Notes: generated from the sequence alone by a model not told the origin. 48,519 bases of DNA from Sulfurimonas sp. (GCA_016735225.1 JAERRX010000038.1:1-48519); one strand, 5' to 3'; shown: positions 37,386-47,867, counted from the stretch's first letter. Translations and numbers: made by a program.

Positions 37386-38635
37386 TATTAGCATCTACTA
37401 TTTTTCTTGTTACACTTCTTTTTATTATAGTTCAACCTCGTGGTTTACAGATCGGGACATCTGCTATTGTTGGTGCTGTTGTGGCTCTTATAGCAGGGGT
37501 TGTAACTATGAGCGATGTTTGGATAGTTTATGACATCATCTGGAATGCTACTCTTGCTTTTATAGGTATCATAATACTCTCTATGGTTTTAGATGAGATA
37601 GGCTTTTTTGAGTGGGCAGCACTAAAGATGGCAAAGCTTTCAAATGGAAGTGGGCATAGAATGTTTTTCTACTCTATCATTTTAGGGGCGATAGTTTCAG
37701 CTCTTTTTGCAAATGATGGAGCAGCTCTTATCTTAACTCCTATACTACTTGCTAAGATGAAAGTACTTAAGCTAAATGCAAAGACTATCTTAGCCTTTTT
37801 ACTTGCAGGTGGTTTTATAAGCGATAGCGGGTCTTTGCCATTTGTCTTTTCAAACCTTACAAACATAGTTACGGCAGACTATTTTAATATCGGTTTTAGT
37901 GAGTTTATATCAAATATGATCCTTCCTTATCTTGTAAGCGTATTGGCTAGTATGCTTGTTTTATGGGTGGTCTTAAGGAAAGATATACCAAAAACTGTAG
38001 ATATAACTCTACTTAAAAACCCTAAAGATGCCATAAAACATCAAGGACTTTTTAACTTTAGTTGGTTTTTTATAGCACTGCTTTTAGCTGGATACTTTAT
38101 AGGAGATGCTTACAATATCCCTGTCTCTGTCTTTGCTCTTGGTGGAGGAGTTTTGTTTTTACTTATAGCTTCTTACACAAAAACAGTAGATGCTAAAGTC
38201 ATCATCAAAGAAGCACCTTGGCAAGTTGTGTGGTTTTCTCTAGGGCTTTATATAGTTGTCTATGGACTTAAAAATGCAGGACTTACTGAGTATATAACCG
38301 AAGTTTTAGTATTTTTAAACTCTCAAAGTGAGCTTGTTGCGGTTGTAGGAACAGGCTTTTTATCAGCCATCTTAAGTGCAGTGATGAACAATATGCCAAC
38401 TATTATGGTCATGAATATAGCACTAGAGGATATTTCAAATCAAGCTATGATATATGCAAACATCGTAGGTTGTAACCTAGGACCAAAGATGACACCTTTT
38501 GGCTCTCTAGCTACTCTACTTTGGCTTCACACACTAGATAAAAAAGGTGTTAAGATCTCTTTTTGGTCATACTCAAAATTTGGTCTAATAGTAACACCTC
38601 CTGTTTTACTACTGGTTTTACTTTCACTCTTGTAA
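37382..38635 (+). CDS. arsB: Arsenite efflux pump
   Basis: LDEIGFFEWAAL, ANDGAALILTP, SNLTNIV, MNNMPT, LGPKMTPFGSLATLLW. Confidence 0.95.
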   Translation: MILASTIFLVTLLFIIVQPRGLQIGTSAIVGAVVALIAGVVTMSDVWIVYDIIWNATLAFIGIIILSMVLDEIGFFEWAALKMAKLSNGSGHRMFFYSIILGAIVSALFANDGAALILTPILLAKMKVLKLNAKTILAFLLAGGFISDSGSLPFVFSNLTNIVTADYFNIGFSEFISNMILPYLVSVLASMLVLWVVLRKDIPKTVDITLLKNPKDAIKHQGLFNFSWFFIALLLAGYFIGDAYNIPVSVFALGGGVLFLLIASYTKTVDAKVIIKEAPWQVVWFSLGLYIVVYGLKNAGLTEYITEVLVFLNSQSELVAVVGTGFLSAILSAVMNNMPTIMVMNIALEDISNQAMIYANIVGCNLGPKMTPFGSLATLLWLHTLDKKGVKISFWSYSKFGLIVTPPVLLLVLLSLL

Positions 38636-38862
38636 ATTTAAAATCAAGAGTGTTGCTAAAAACATAAACTATCTTTTAAGAGTTACAAATATTGCATATA
38701 GTTGTGAAAGATAGCATTTAAGAAAATATAGAGAAAGTTCTAGCCTCAAGTAAACCTATGAAGATTGTAGATAAAGGTATTTTATTGCTTACTTGTGTTA
38801 TAGTCTTTCTCATATAATGATGATGATATTAAAATAACAAAATTTACTAAAAGGTCTCTTTC

Positions 38863-41616
38863 TTGTATCAAAAATTAATCTTCAGTTCGATCTTTATTAT
38901 TCAGTTTTTCTTGATTTTAGGGGCATGCTTTACTCTTTCTCCACTTTTCATAGGTTTCGCTTCGCTTTTTGGGGTCTTGTCGTTTTACAAACCTAAAAAC
39001 ACACTATACATACTCTTAGTTTTTATGGTTGTCTTTGGTTCACGACCTCCCATGGAGCAAACACACTACCTCATAGTGCTAACAGCTTTTTGGATAGTTG
39101 GCTCTTATGCTCATCTATTTATAAAAAAAGGCTTTGAGCTTAAGGTCTTTTTAGTAAAACTTCGCTCTAGCAATCTTGTACTATTTTTTACTATTTTTTA
39201 TATATTGACCTCATTTTTAAGTCTAGTCGGACTTCCTATACTTGGAGCTATAAAGCATAGCATCCAAGAAGATAGTTTATATATATTTAAAGAGATACTT
39301 ATAGTTGGAGAGACTACACTATACTCATCTGTACAGTCAGTTTTCTTTTTGTTACAGGGCTATCTTGTGGGTCTTTACATATATGGAACTACTCGTGCAT
39401 CTAACCAGTTTAAACTATTTAAAAATATTTTCTTTGCTCTTCTTGGAGGGTGGTTTTTGTTTATCATAGTAGGGTATCTTGACTTTTTTGGTGTTATCAA
39501 CCTGCTTGATTATCATTTCTTAGATGGTACTCCTCATCGTTTTACATCATTTTTCTCAAATTCTTCATGGAGTTCACAGTACCTAGCAGTAACTCTTCCT
39601 TTGCTTCCAATAGTCTTACTACTAAGCAAGATAAACAAAAAGATGCTTTTTCTTATGGTCTTTCTTATAGTAGTCGGTGAAGTTGCTCTTTTACTATCTA
39701 TGCAAAGGGGTGCATGGCTAACCTACCCGCCAACTTTGCTTATGATATGGGTTACCATCTACTATGTATTTGCTAGGAGTAAAGACAACACTATAAGTTT
39801 GAAACAATTTTTAAAAACATCATGGCTAAAGATATTTGTAACCATTCCTCTAACAGTCATCATATCGGCTACTCTTGTTTATGAGATCAAGGATTATCGT
39901 TCTTCGCACAATATAAAAAGTGCTACCAACACATTTAACGATGTATCTACTCGCATGGGTAAAGTTTCAGATACTGGCAACCGCAAGATACACTGGCCTC
40001 CAGCTATAAAGCTTTTTTTAGAAAACCCTATATATGGTGGTGGTGGCGATAGTTTTGGTTGGCAATATAAGGAGTACTTTTACAAGCCTGAAGCTCGTTA
40101 TCACAACACACCAGAGCATACACTAGCAATGGGACAGTTTGGAACAGCACACAACTTGTACCTGCAAACACTTACAGGTAAGGGTATTTTTGGTCTTATA
40201 TTTCTCTTGTCTTTTCTTTTTGTTTTAGTTTATAAACTTATAAAAAAAGAGTTTTTTTCTTCTAAAAAACATTCACTTGAGGAGTCTATACTTACACTTA
40301 TAGTTTTAGGTTCATTAAATGCTACTCTTATCTATGCTAATGTTCAAGAGATATTTTACACACAACCAGTCGCTATTGTCTTTTGGATCATCATCTTCAT
40401 AGGAGCAGGTATTACTCACAACTACCAACAGTCCAAACTTAAACAAAAAGAGCTATGGAACATAGGCAAATACCTGCTCTACTTTATGTTACTACTTCTA
40501 CCTTTTCATATCTTATATATATCTTACATACGAGAGTTTTTAGCTAGTAAGATAACTGCTCTTCTTCCTATGTTTGGAGTGGATGCATCATTGTATATTG
40601 TAATGAGTGCTCTTTGGTTGGGTATTTTATCTATTGTTATATCTTTTTGGATACACAGAAAGGTTATATTGCATGCACATTATCATGGGCTTTTTATCGA
40701 TGATCATGAAAATGATAAGCCTCAACTTTTTCATGATACTCCTACCCCTAGATCAGGTGGTATAGGCATCTTTTTAGGAAATTTATTTTTAATATTCAAT
40801 CCAATAGGCTGGACATTCATAGTAGCATCCCTGCCATCTTTTGTTGCTGGATTATTAGATGATTTTTCTTCACTTTCAGCCAAGACAAGACTGCTGTTTC
40901 AAGCTTTTTCTGCACTTTTAGCCATTGTTCTTCTTAAGCTAACTGTTCTTTCATTCGGCTTTGATATTGCAATGCCTTCTTACTTAGGTGTATTTATTGC
41001 ATTTATGTTTATTGTAGGCATCACTAATGCCATCAATATTATAGATGGTTTCAACGGACTAGCTTCAGGAACAGTAGTTTTGATATTTTCTTCATATATC
41101 TATGTTAGTTGGCAAGTTCAAGATATGCTTATACTAGAGCTTGCAGCGGTTAATCTTGCTACAACAATTGGATTTTTATTTTTAAATTTTCCAAAAGGAA
41201 AAATATTTTTAGGTGATGGAGGAGCATTTTACTTAGGTTTTATAGCATCTAGTGTAGGCTTATTTTTGGTTGTCAATCATGCAAGTAATATTAGTCAGTA
41301 TTATCCCTTAGCTGTATTAATATACCCAATCACAGAGGTACTTTTTAGCATGTACAGAAAAAAAATACTAAGAAATATGTCCCCAATGCTACCAGATAGC
41401 ATACATTTGCATATGTTAATCCAAAAAAGAATCACTAGAAACAATCCGAATACATCTGTATTTATATTGAAAAGAGTTCTACCTTTTATGATACTAAGCA
41501 CATACTTTTACAACAACGACATAGCTCTTTTAGTGATCATACTAGCTTTTACCATCGGCTATATAAAACTCTATCAAAATATCGTGAGGTTTAAAAATAG
41601 TAAAAAAAAGTTCTAA
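38863..41616 (+). CDS. Fusion of an O-antigen ligase/Wzy_C-like domain and a WecA/MraY-family polyprenyl-phosphate HexNAc-1-P transferase
   Basis: N part: R.TSFF.N, SMQRGAW, R..HW, NPIYGGG, AHNLYLQ; C part: PTPRSGG, GLLDD, NAINIIDGFNGL, IFLGDGG, PDSIHLH; single frame, TTG start after AAGG. Confidence 0.85.
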   Translation: MYQKLIFSSIFIIQFFLILGACFTLSPLFIGFASLFGVLSFYKPKNTLYILLVFMVVFGSRPPMEQTHYLIVLTAFWIVGSYAHLFIKKGFELKVFLVKLRSSNLVLFFTIFYILTSFLSLVGLPILGAIKHSIQEDSLYIFKEILIVGETTLYSSVQSVFFLLQGYLVGLYIYGTTRASNQFKLFKNIFFALLGGWFLFIIVGYLDFFGVINLLDYHFLDGTPHRFTSFFSNSSWSSQYLAVTLPLLPIVLLLSKINKKMLFLMVFLIVVGEVALLLSMQRGAWLTYPPTLLMIWVTIYYVFARSKDNTISLKQFLKTSWLKIFVTIPLTVIISATLVYEIKDYRSSHNIKSATNTFNDVSTRMGKVSDTGNRKIHWPPAIKLFLENPIYGGGGDSFGWQYKEYFYKPEARYHNTPEHTLAMGQFGTAHNLYLQTLTGKGIFGLIFLLSFLFVLVYKLIKKEFFSSKKHSLEESILTLIVLGSLNATLIYANVQEIFYTQPVAIVFWIIIFIGAGITHNYQQSKLKQKELWNIGKYLLYFMLLLLPFHILYISYIREFLASKITALLPMFGVDASLYIVMSALWLGILSIVISFWIHRKVILHAHYHGLFIDDHENDKPQLFHDTPTPRSGGIGIFLGNLFLIFNPIGWTFIVASLPSFVAGLLDDFSSLSAKTRLLFQAFSALLAIVLLKLTVLSFGFDIAMPSYLGVFIAFMFIVGITNAINIIDGFNGLASGTVVLIFSSYIYVSWQVQDMLILELAAVNLATTIGFLFLNFPKGKIFLGDGGAFYLGFIASSVGLFLVVNHASNISQYYPLAVLIYPITEVLFSMYRKKILRNMSPMLPDSIHLHMLIQKRITRNNPNTSVFILKRVLPFMILSTYFYNNDIALLVIILAFTIGYIKLYQNIVRFKNSKKKF

Positions 41617-41635
41617 AGTGTGTTATACTTTGACA

Positions 41636-41821
41636 ATGAAAAAAGAAACGACTAAAGAGCTTGGTAAATTTATCTTGGACATAACTAAGATTATTATCGC
41701 TATTGTTGTTATTGCACCTTTTGTAAAAGGTGGAACTGTTGAAATTATACCGATTTTATCAGCTGTTGGAATGGCTGGCATCGGCTTATATATCACAAAC
41801 AAAGGGGTCAAAGATGACTGA
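41636..41821 (+). CDS. Small 2-TM protein (61 aa), DUF6722-like
   Basis: MKKETTKELGKFILDITKIII...; ATG 6 nt after TGtTATACT; family name from recall only. Confidence 0.65.
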   Translation: MKKETTKELGKFILDITKIIIAIVVIAPFVKGGTVEIIPILSAVGMAGIGLYITNKGVKDD

Positions 41822-41921
41822 ATTAACACAAATATCACTTATTCTATTATCATTTAGTGCTGTTGCTGGACTCTATGTATATTTTACAAGTAAAAATGAT
41901 AAAGGCTCACACACTCACTAA
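41814..41921 (+). CDS. Small single-TM peptide (35 aa)
   Basis: MTELTQISLILLSFSAVAGLYVYFTSKNDKGSHTH; AAGGGG SD; overlaps the previous stop by 8 nt. Confidence 0.6.
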   Translation: MTELTQISLILLSFSAVAGLYVYFTSKNDKGSHTH

Positions 41922-41991
41922 ATATTATAACTGTGGTCTCGAAATATATGCTAGCGTTGAGTTTCTTGAATCTTTAAGGTAAAAATCTATA

Positions 41992-43152
41992 ATGCAAAAA
42001 AAACTAAAAATATTAATAGACACAATTCCACTACTTAAAAACCTTACAGGCATCGGTTATGTGACCTATATATATGCTAAGGAGTTGAGAAAATTTCCTA
42101 ATGACTATATATATTATTATGCTTGGTTTGCCTCATCGGAGTTAAAAGAGCGACCTTTAGTTTCTTATGAAAAAGCGGTCGATTGGATAAAAAAGTTTGT
42201 CCCTCGTCCATATATAGTCACACATAGTGTTAAAACAGTTATTTTCAATATTATTATCTTACTAAAACGCCCAGATGTTTTTTTTCAGCCAAACTATATA
42301 TCATTTAAGATGCTAAAAAAAGTACCCACTGTTACTATGGTGCATGACCTTTCACATATTCACTATGCACACTACCATCCACAAGACCGCATAAACCACT
42401 ACAACAAAGAGCTACAGCGAAGTCTTGATAACTCAAAAAAGATCATAGCAATATCGGAGTTTACAAAACAAGACCTAGTATCTTTAGGTATGGCAAGTGA
42501 AGACAAGATAGAGGTTATCTACAATGGAGTGAGTGATGCTTTTAAGCCACTACAAAAGCATCTAGATGCCCATGATATTTTAAAAAAGTACGACTTAGAA
42601 GAAAAGTCATATTTTCTTTTTGTAGGAACGATGGAACCCCGCAAAAATCTCAACCTACTTTTGAGTGCATATATTAAATATAGCAAAAAAGTTAAGGTTC
42701 CGACACCCCTTGTTTTAGCAGGAGGGATAGGATGGAGAAGTGATGTTTTTGATGCTCTTTTAAAAGAGGCTCTTTTACTCAAAAGTGTAAAAAAAGTTGG
42801 TTATGTGAGTAGTGAAGATCTGCCTGTGCTTTATGCAGGAGCAAAAATATTTATATTTCCTTCGCACTATGAAGGTTTTGGATTGCCTCCTCTTGAAGCT
42901 ATGGCAAGTGCTACCGCAGTTATAGCATCTAGTAGCTCATCTATACCAGAGGTTCTCGGAGATGCTGGTATCCTTATAGACCCCAACAATGAAAAAGAAC
43001 TTTTAGATGCTATCTTGGACTTAGATGCAGATGCAAAAAAAAGAAAAAAGTATGAGCTACTCGGTGCTACTCAAGCTAAAAAGTTCAACTGGCAAGATTC
43101 TGCTAAAAAGTTAAACAAAGTACTAGTAGATGTTGCCTCGCTCAGCCACTAA
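41992..43152 (+). CDS. GT-B glycosyltransferase (GT4, mannosyl/rhamnosyl-transferase-like)
   Basis: TGIG, VHDL, ISEFTK, VGTMEPRKN, FPSHYEGFGLPPLEAMA. Confidence 0.92.
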   Translation: MQKKLKILIDTIPLLKNLTGIGYVTYIYAKELRKFPNDYIYYYAWFASSELKERPLVSYEKAVDWIKKFVPRPYIVTHSVKTVIFNIIILLKRPDVFFQPNYISFKMLKKVPTVTMVHDLSHIHYAHYHPQDRINHYNKELQRSLDNSKKIIAISEFTKQDLVSLGMASEDKIEVIYNGVSDAFKPLQKHLDAHDILKKYDLEEKSYFLFVGTMEPRKNLNLLLSAYIKYSKKVKVPTPLVLAGGIGWRSDVFDALLKEALLLKSVKKVGYVSSEDLPVLYAGAKIFIFPSHYEGFGLPPLEAMASATAVIASSSSSIPEVLGDAGILIDPNNEKELLDAILDLDADAKKRKKYELLGATQAKKFNWQDSAKKLNKVLVDVASLSH

Positions 43153-44314
43153 AATACTCTTTACCCTCTCATCCGCCGAGATGTTTTTGAGAGCGGGTAA
43201 GTTTGTTTTTTTTCTTCTTTTAGCCAAGCTTCTGACTCCTGAACTCTTTGGAGACTATATCTACTTTACTGCTTGTTTTGCTCTTGTCTTTGTGCTTAGT
43301 GACTTTGGTATATCAAAAATAATTACTAAAGAGTTGTCTAGTGATAAAGAGTTTGATTTGTTGCCTTTGTTTTGGATGCGGCTACTTCTCCTCGTAGTAG
43401 CTACTGCAATACTTTTTATCATACTTCAAAGAGGCTATGCCTTAGTATCTTTAGTTGGAGTGCTTTTTTTCCTAGATGCTATCTCTGAGATGTTTTATAG
43501 CATCTATAGAGCCAGAGAAGAGTTTTTTATAGAGGGCAAGATAAAATTTTTTATCGCATCAGCCTATCTGTTTTCTAGTGCATTGCTATATTTTTATCAA
43601 AGCATAGATGCTTATAGTGCATTGGTGATAGTGGCTGTTTTATATGGGGCTATTGTTTTGCCATATTTTAAGCATCTGGAGATAAAACTAGTTCCTCTAA
43701 AGTACAAAGTAGTTAAGCTACTCTTTGGTGAGGGTTTTGTTTTGGTACTTGGAGCTGTTTTTACTATCGCTTATCTGCGTTTAGATCTTTTTATGATCGA
43801 GTATTTTTTAAGTAGCTCTAGTGTGGCATCTTATGGAGTTAGCTCAAAAGTTATAGAGTTGGCTATGATTTTTCCCATAGTTATCTCTACATTTCTTTTA
43901 CCAAATATGATAAAATCTAAACAGTTTAACTCACATGGAATATTCCAACAGCTCATACTCGGCTTAGTTATTGGTGCTATTTTTATAGTTACTGCTCCAT
44001 ATATGCTTGGCTTGTTTTTTCCTAACTATGATGATGCTGTCGTTTTAGTGCAGATCTTAAGTGTTGGCATAGTGTTTTTGATGATAAACAACTATCTATT
44101 TACAGGGTTTATAGCACATAAAAAGTCCATATATTATCTATATACTACCTCTACAATGCTTATAGCAAATGCCCTTTTAAACACTATATATATACCACTC
44201 TATGGCATAGAAGCAGCTGCATATACGACTGTATTTAGTGAACTTTTAGGTATGTTGGTAGCTCTTTACCTATACATAAAACTGCCCTCGTCGCTTAAAA
44301 ATCAAAAGAGATAA
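43130..44314 (+). CDS. Oligosaccharide flippase (Wzx/MOP family)
   Basis: LAKLL.PE.FG.Y, SDFGI, YLRLD..MI, LN..YIP.YGIEAAA; about 12 TM segments. Confidence 0.85.
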   Translation: MLPRSATKILFTLSSAEMFLRAGKFVFFLLLAKLLTPELFGDYIYFTACFALVFVLSDFGISKIITKELSSDKEFDLLPLFWMRLLLLVVATAILFIILQRGYALVSLVGVLFFLDAISEMFYSIYRAREEFFIEGKIKFFIASAYLFSSALLYFYQSIDAYSALVIVAVLYGAIVLPYFKHLEIKLVPLKYKVVKLLFGEGFVLVLGAVFTIAYLRLDLFMIEYFLSSSSVASYGVSSKVIELAMIFPIVISTFLLPNMIKSKQFNSHGIFQQLILGLVIGAIFIVTAPYMLGLFFPNYDDAVVLVQILSVGIVFLMINNYLFTGFIAHKKSIYYLYTTSTMLIANALLNTIYIPLYGIEAAAYTTVFSELLGMLVALYLYIKLPSSLKNQKR

Positions 44315-44368
44315 GATAGATATAGTTTTATAACACAAGAGATGATTATCACAAACCTATTGCTTTGA

Positions 44369-44404
44369 TGATATAATTTTAGCAACATAAGCATAATTTA
44401 TGCT
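44369..44404 (+). promoter_or_regulatory. Extended -10 promoter and downstream inverted repeat for the PAS-MCP operon
   Basis: TGATATAAT at 44369-44377; AGCATAA-T-TTATGCT at 44390-44404. Confidence 0.55.
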
Positions 44405-44452
44405 ACTTTAAAGATACATCTGTTAATCTTACTCAATCATAAGGATAACTAT

Positions 44453-44851
44453 ATGAACAACCGTGAAATAAAACTAGACTCCAAATCATTTCTTGTTTCT
44501 GAAACAGACCTAAATGGTGCGATAAAGTTTGCAAATGATGACTATTGTAAATACTCTGGATATAGCCTTGAAGAACTTGTTGGCAATGAGCATAATATGG
44601 CTAGGCATCCAGATATGCCAAAAGCTGCATTTGTCGATCTTTGGAAAACTATAAAAAGTTCTCATAAGTGGAGAGGTTTTATAAAAAACAAATCAAAAAG
44701 TGGAGCTTTCTACTGGGTTTATGCGACCGTTTACCCCTTTATTTCTTGTGATGGTTCCCGTGGTTATATCTCTTGTAGAAGAATGGTTTCTGATCTCGAA
44801 AAAGAAAAATACACAAAGCTTTATAAAAAAATGAAAGATGAGGAGCGATAA
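44453..44851 (+). CDS. Stand-alone Aer/CetB-like PAS protein
   Basis: [38 protein letters not shown]. Confidence 0.9.
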   Translation: MNNREIKLDSKSFLVSETDLNGAIKFANDDYCKYSGYSLEELVGNEHNMARHPDMPKAAFVDLWKTIKSSHKWRGFIKNKSKSGAFYWVYATVYPFISCDGSRGYISCRRMVSDLEKEKYTKLYKKMKDEER

Positions 44852-47691
44852 TGAATTTTTTAAAAAACATCTCAATAAAAAATAAACTTTTTTTAAATGT
44901 TGCTGTGCCTATTACAGTTCTTGTTATTGCTACTATTGTTGGCATTGTAGATCACTATAAAAGCAAAGAAGACTACTCAATATTTAACACTATTATTGGG
45001 CTAGATACTAAGATATCTTTACTTATTCACGAAACACAAAAAGAGAGAGGGGTAACAGCAGGATATATGTCTTCAAAAGGAAAAAAGTTTGCACAAAAAC
45101 TTTCGGCTCAAAGAGAAAACACCGATCATGCAATTGCCGAGTTACAATCATACATAAAAAGTACAGATATAGAAAAAAAATTATTGCCAAATATAGCTAA
45201 GTCACTTAGCAAGTCACTCTCTGAACTAAAAAATATTAAAAATATGAGAGAAAGTATATCTTCTTTAGTTGTTGATTCAAAAAAAGCTATAGGCTACTAC
45301 ACGAATACGAATGCATTTTTTCTAAATTTTATAGCACAAACTTCTCAGCAAGCAGTAGATAGTGAGCTAACATACTCAACATTAGCATACTATAATTTTT
45401 TACAGTCTAAAGAGAGAGCAGGGATAGAGCGAGCCGTGGCTAGTGTTGTTTTTGCAAATGACAAGTTTACCAATGGAGAAAAAGCAAAACTAAGATCTTT
45501 AATATCTGAACAAGATTCATATATGGGAAGTTTTGAGGTTTTGTCCGATCAAAAAACTATTGATTTTAAAAATAAAGCATTAAACAATATAGCTTCTACA
45601 GAAGTAAACAAGATGAGAGATATTCTTTTTGATGCTCAAGAGGTTGGAGGTTTTGGCATCGACTCTTCATATTGGTTTGAAACTATTAGTAAAAAGATAG
45701 AACTCCTAAAAAAAGTTGAAAATCAGATCGCTCGTAGCTTAACATCTTCTTCAAAAAAAGCAAAAAAAGCGATAGAAATCTCAAAAGCCATAGCAGACTT
45801 ACTTCATGAAACACAAAAGGAACGCGGGGCAACTGCAGGATATTTAGGCTCAAAAGCTAAGAAATTTTCTAAAAGGATGCTTACACAAAGAAAGCTAACA
45901 GACAAAAAAATAGCTGCACTCAAAAATAAACTCTCAAGCTTTAAGTATAGTGATTATTCTAAAAAAATAAAGAAAAATATTTATAGTTCACTAAAGCTCA
46001 TTAAAACTTTAAATGATCAACGAAGAAGAATAGATGCACTTCAAATAAAAACATCTACAGCACTAAGCTTTTACACAAGTATGAACTCTACTTTCTTGGC
46101 ATCTATTGCAGCGATGGCTTCAGAAGTCAAGGGCAACAAAGAGACAAGACAGGCAGCCGCTTACTATAACTTTTTGATGGCAAAAGAGAGAGTAGGAATG
46201 GAGCGTGCTGTTTTAGCAAATACCTTTTCAAGAAATAGGTTTGCTTTTGGAATGCAAAGAAAACTAAACACACTTATAGTTGAACAAAAAAGCTTTATTA
46301 CATCATTTTTAGCAACCGCAAATGATGGCTCCATATCTTACTATAAAAAAATCATGCAACATGAAAGTATAAAAGAAGTACAAAGGATGCGAGATATTGC
46401 ACAAAACTCTATAGAGATAGGTGGCTTTGATGTCAAAAGTAGTTACTGGTTTGAGCAGATCACTAACAAAATAAATCTACTTAAAAAAGTTGATGATTAT
46501 ATATCAAACAACTTAATAGAACTTGCTTCTAGTAAATACTCCAATGAACAGGCTTTTTTATTGGTTTACTCTACTATTATGATGATAGTTATATTGGTAA
46601 CAATTATTTTATCATACCTAATCAGCAGGGATATTTCAATATCTGTAAAGAAAATATATAATGGGGTACGAAACTTCATAGAGTTTTTAGATCATAAGAA
46701 AAATGAGATAGATCTCATAAAACTTGATGGAACTGACGAGCTGGCAGTAGTTGCAAAAATGATAAACGAAAATGTAACTCAGCTTAATGAAAATATAGAG
46801 TCAGACATGCTATGTGTTGGAGAGTCTATACTAACTCTTAACAAGCTTGCACAGGGCTACTATGGTTGTCGAGTAAAGTCAAAAGCTTCAAATTCTCAAA
46901 TACAAACACTTGCATCTACTATCAACCAGATGCTAGATGTCCAATCAAAAATAATGAGCAATATTCTTGCTGGTTTAAAAAAATATACAGAGCATGACTA
47001 TACTGACTCTATAGATCTACATGATAATGTTAAAGGAGAAAGCAAAGAGCTTATACTTGGCATAAATGCACTTGGGGATTCTTTAGTAGATATGATAAGT
47101 AATTCATACAATTCTTCTACTCAACTGCTAGACAAGTCAGGTTTCTTACAAGAGCAGATGCAGAGCCTAAACTCATTGACACTAGAGCAGTCTTCTACTC
47201 TTAAAAAAACAGCAGACACTATGATGAAGATAACACAATCTATAGAAGATACATCAGATAAAACAAACGAGGTAGTTTCTCAGTCAAATGATATTAAGCT
47301 TATCGTTGGAATGATTGGAGATATAGCAGACCAAACAAATCTACTTGCCTTAAATGCAGCTATTGAAGCGGCTAGAGCTGCTGAACATGGAAGAGGTTTT
47401 GCAGTTGTTGCTGATGAGGTAAGAAAACTAGCAGAAGGAACACAGAAGTCTCTAGTTGAGATAAATGCTAGTATAAATATACTCGCACAATCAATAGTAG
47501 AAATTGGCGGAAGTATTGAAGAGCAAAGCTCATCAATCGTACAGATAAATAACTCCATAGATAAAGTAAACAAAAGCACACAAAAAAATGCTAAAACTTC
47601 AGATGACACAAGTAAAATAGCACTTACTGTCAAAGAGATGTCTAGTGCAATACTATCAAAAGTAGAAAAAAATAAGTGGAATAAAAGATAA
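44851..47691 (+). CDS. Methyl-accepting chemotaxis protein with two tandem NIT (nitrate/nitrite) sensor domains
   Basis: Two copies of [19 protein letters not shown] and SYWFE; two TM segments; [33 protein letters not shown]. Confidence 0.92.
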   Translation: MNFLKNISIKNKLFLNVAVPITVLVIATIVGIVDHYKSKEDYSIFNTIIGLDTKISLLIHETQKERGVTAGYMSSKGKKFAQKLSAQRENTDHAIAELQSYIKSTDIEKKLLPNIAKSLSKSLSELKNIKNMRESISSLVVDSKKAIGYYTNTNAFFLNFIAQTSQQAVDSELTYSTLAYYNFLQSKERAGIERAVASVVFANDKFTNGEKAKLRSLISEQDSYMGSFEVLSDQKTIDFKNKALNNIASTEVNKMRDILFDAQEVGGFGIDSSYWFETISKKIELLKKVENQIARSLTSSSKKAKKAIEISKAIADLLHETQKERGATAGYLGSKAKKFSKRMLTQRKLTDKKIAALKNKLSSFKYSDYSKKIKKNIYSSLKLIKTLNDQRRRIDALQIKTSTALSFYTSMNSTFLASIAAMASEVKGNKETRQAAAYYNFLMAKERVGMERAVLANTFSRNRFAFGMQRKLNTLIVEQKSFITSFLATANDGSISYYKKIMQHESIKEVQRMRDIAQNSIEIGGFDVKSSYWFEQITNKINLLKKVDDYISNNLIELASSKYSNEQAFLLVYSTIMMIVILVTIILSYLISRDISISVKKIYNGVRNFIEFLDHKKNEIDLIKLDGTDELAVVAKMINENVTQLNENIESDMLCVGESILTLNKLAQGYYGCRVKSKASNSQIQTLASTINQMLDVQSKIMSNILAGLKKYTEHDYTDSIDLHDNVKGESKELILGINALGDSLVDMISNSYNSSTQLLDKSGFLQEQMQSLNSLTLEQSSTLKKTADTMMKITQSIEDTSDKTNEVVSQSNDIKLIVGMIGDIADQTNLLALNAAIEAARAAEHGRGFAVVADEVRKLAEGTQKSLVEINASINILAQSIVEIGGSIEEQSSSIVQINNSIDKVNKSTQKNAKTSDDTSKIALTVKEMSSAILSKVEKNKWNKR

Positions 47692-47867
47692 AGTTCTTGT
47701 ATTTTTAACAAGCAGGCTAGATGAGTTGATAAAAGATGACAAGCATAGACTAGGTAAATATATACTCACATTGATACAAACTGGGGTAGTTAAGAGTTTA
47801 ATAATACTAGATATTGAACCAAAAACATTATATAATGTTGCGATAAAGAACAAGGAAAAATAAAAAG

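Noticed and set aside
38758-38817. 19-aa hydrophobic ORF MKIVDKGILLLTCVIVFLI resembling a type I toxin
   Set aside because: No SD, no antisense RNA or terminator evident, and it overlaps the likely -10 box of the next gene; chance or gene remnant
47666-47863. Stop-free plus-strand frame of about 65 codons between the MCP and MNT genes
   Set aside because: No ATG or SD and no recognisable family; possibly a remnant, but unsupported
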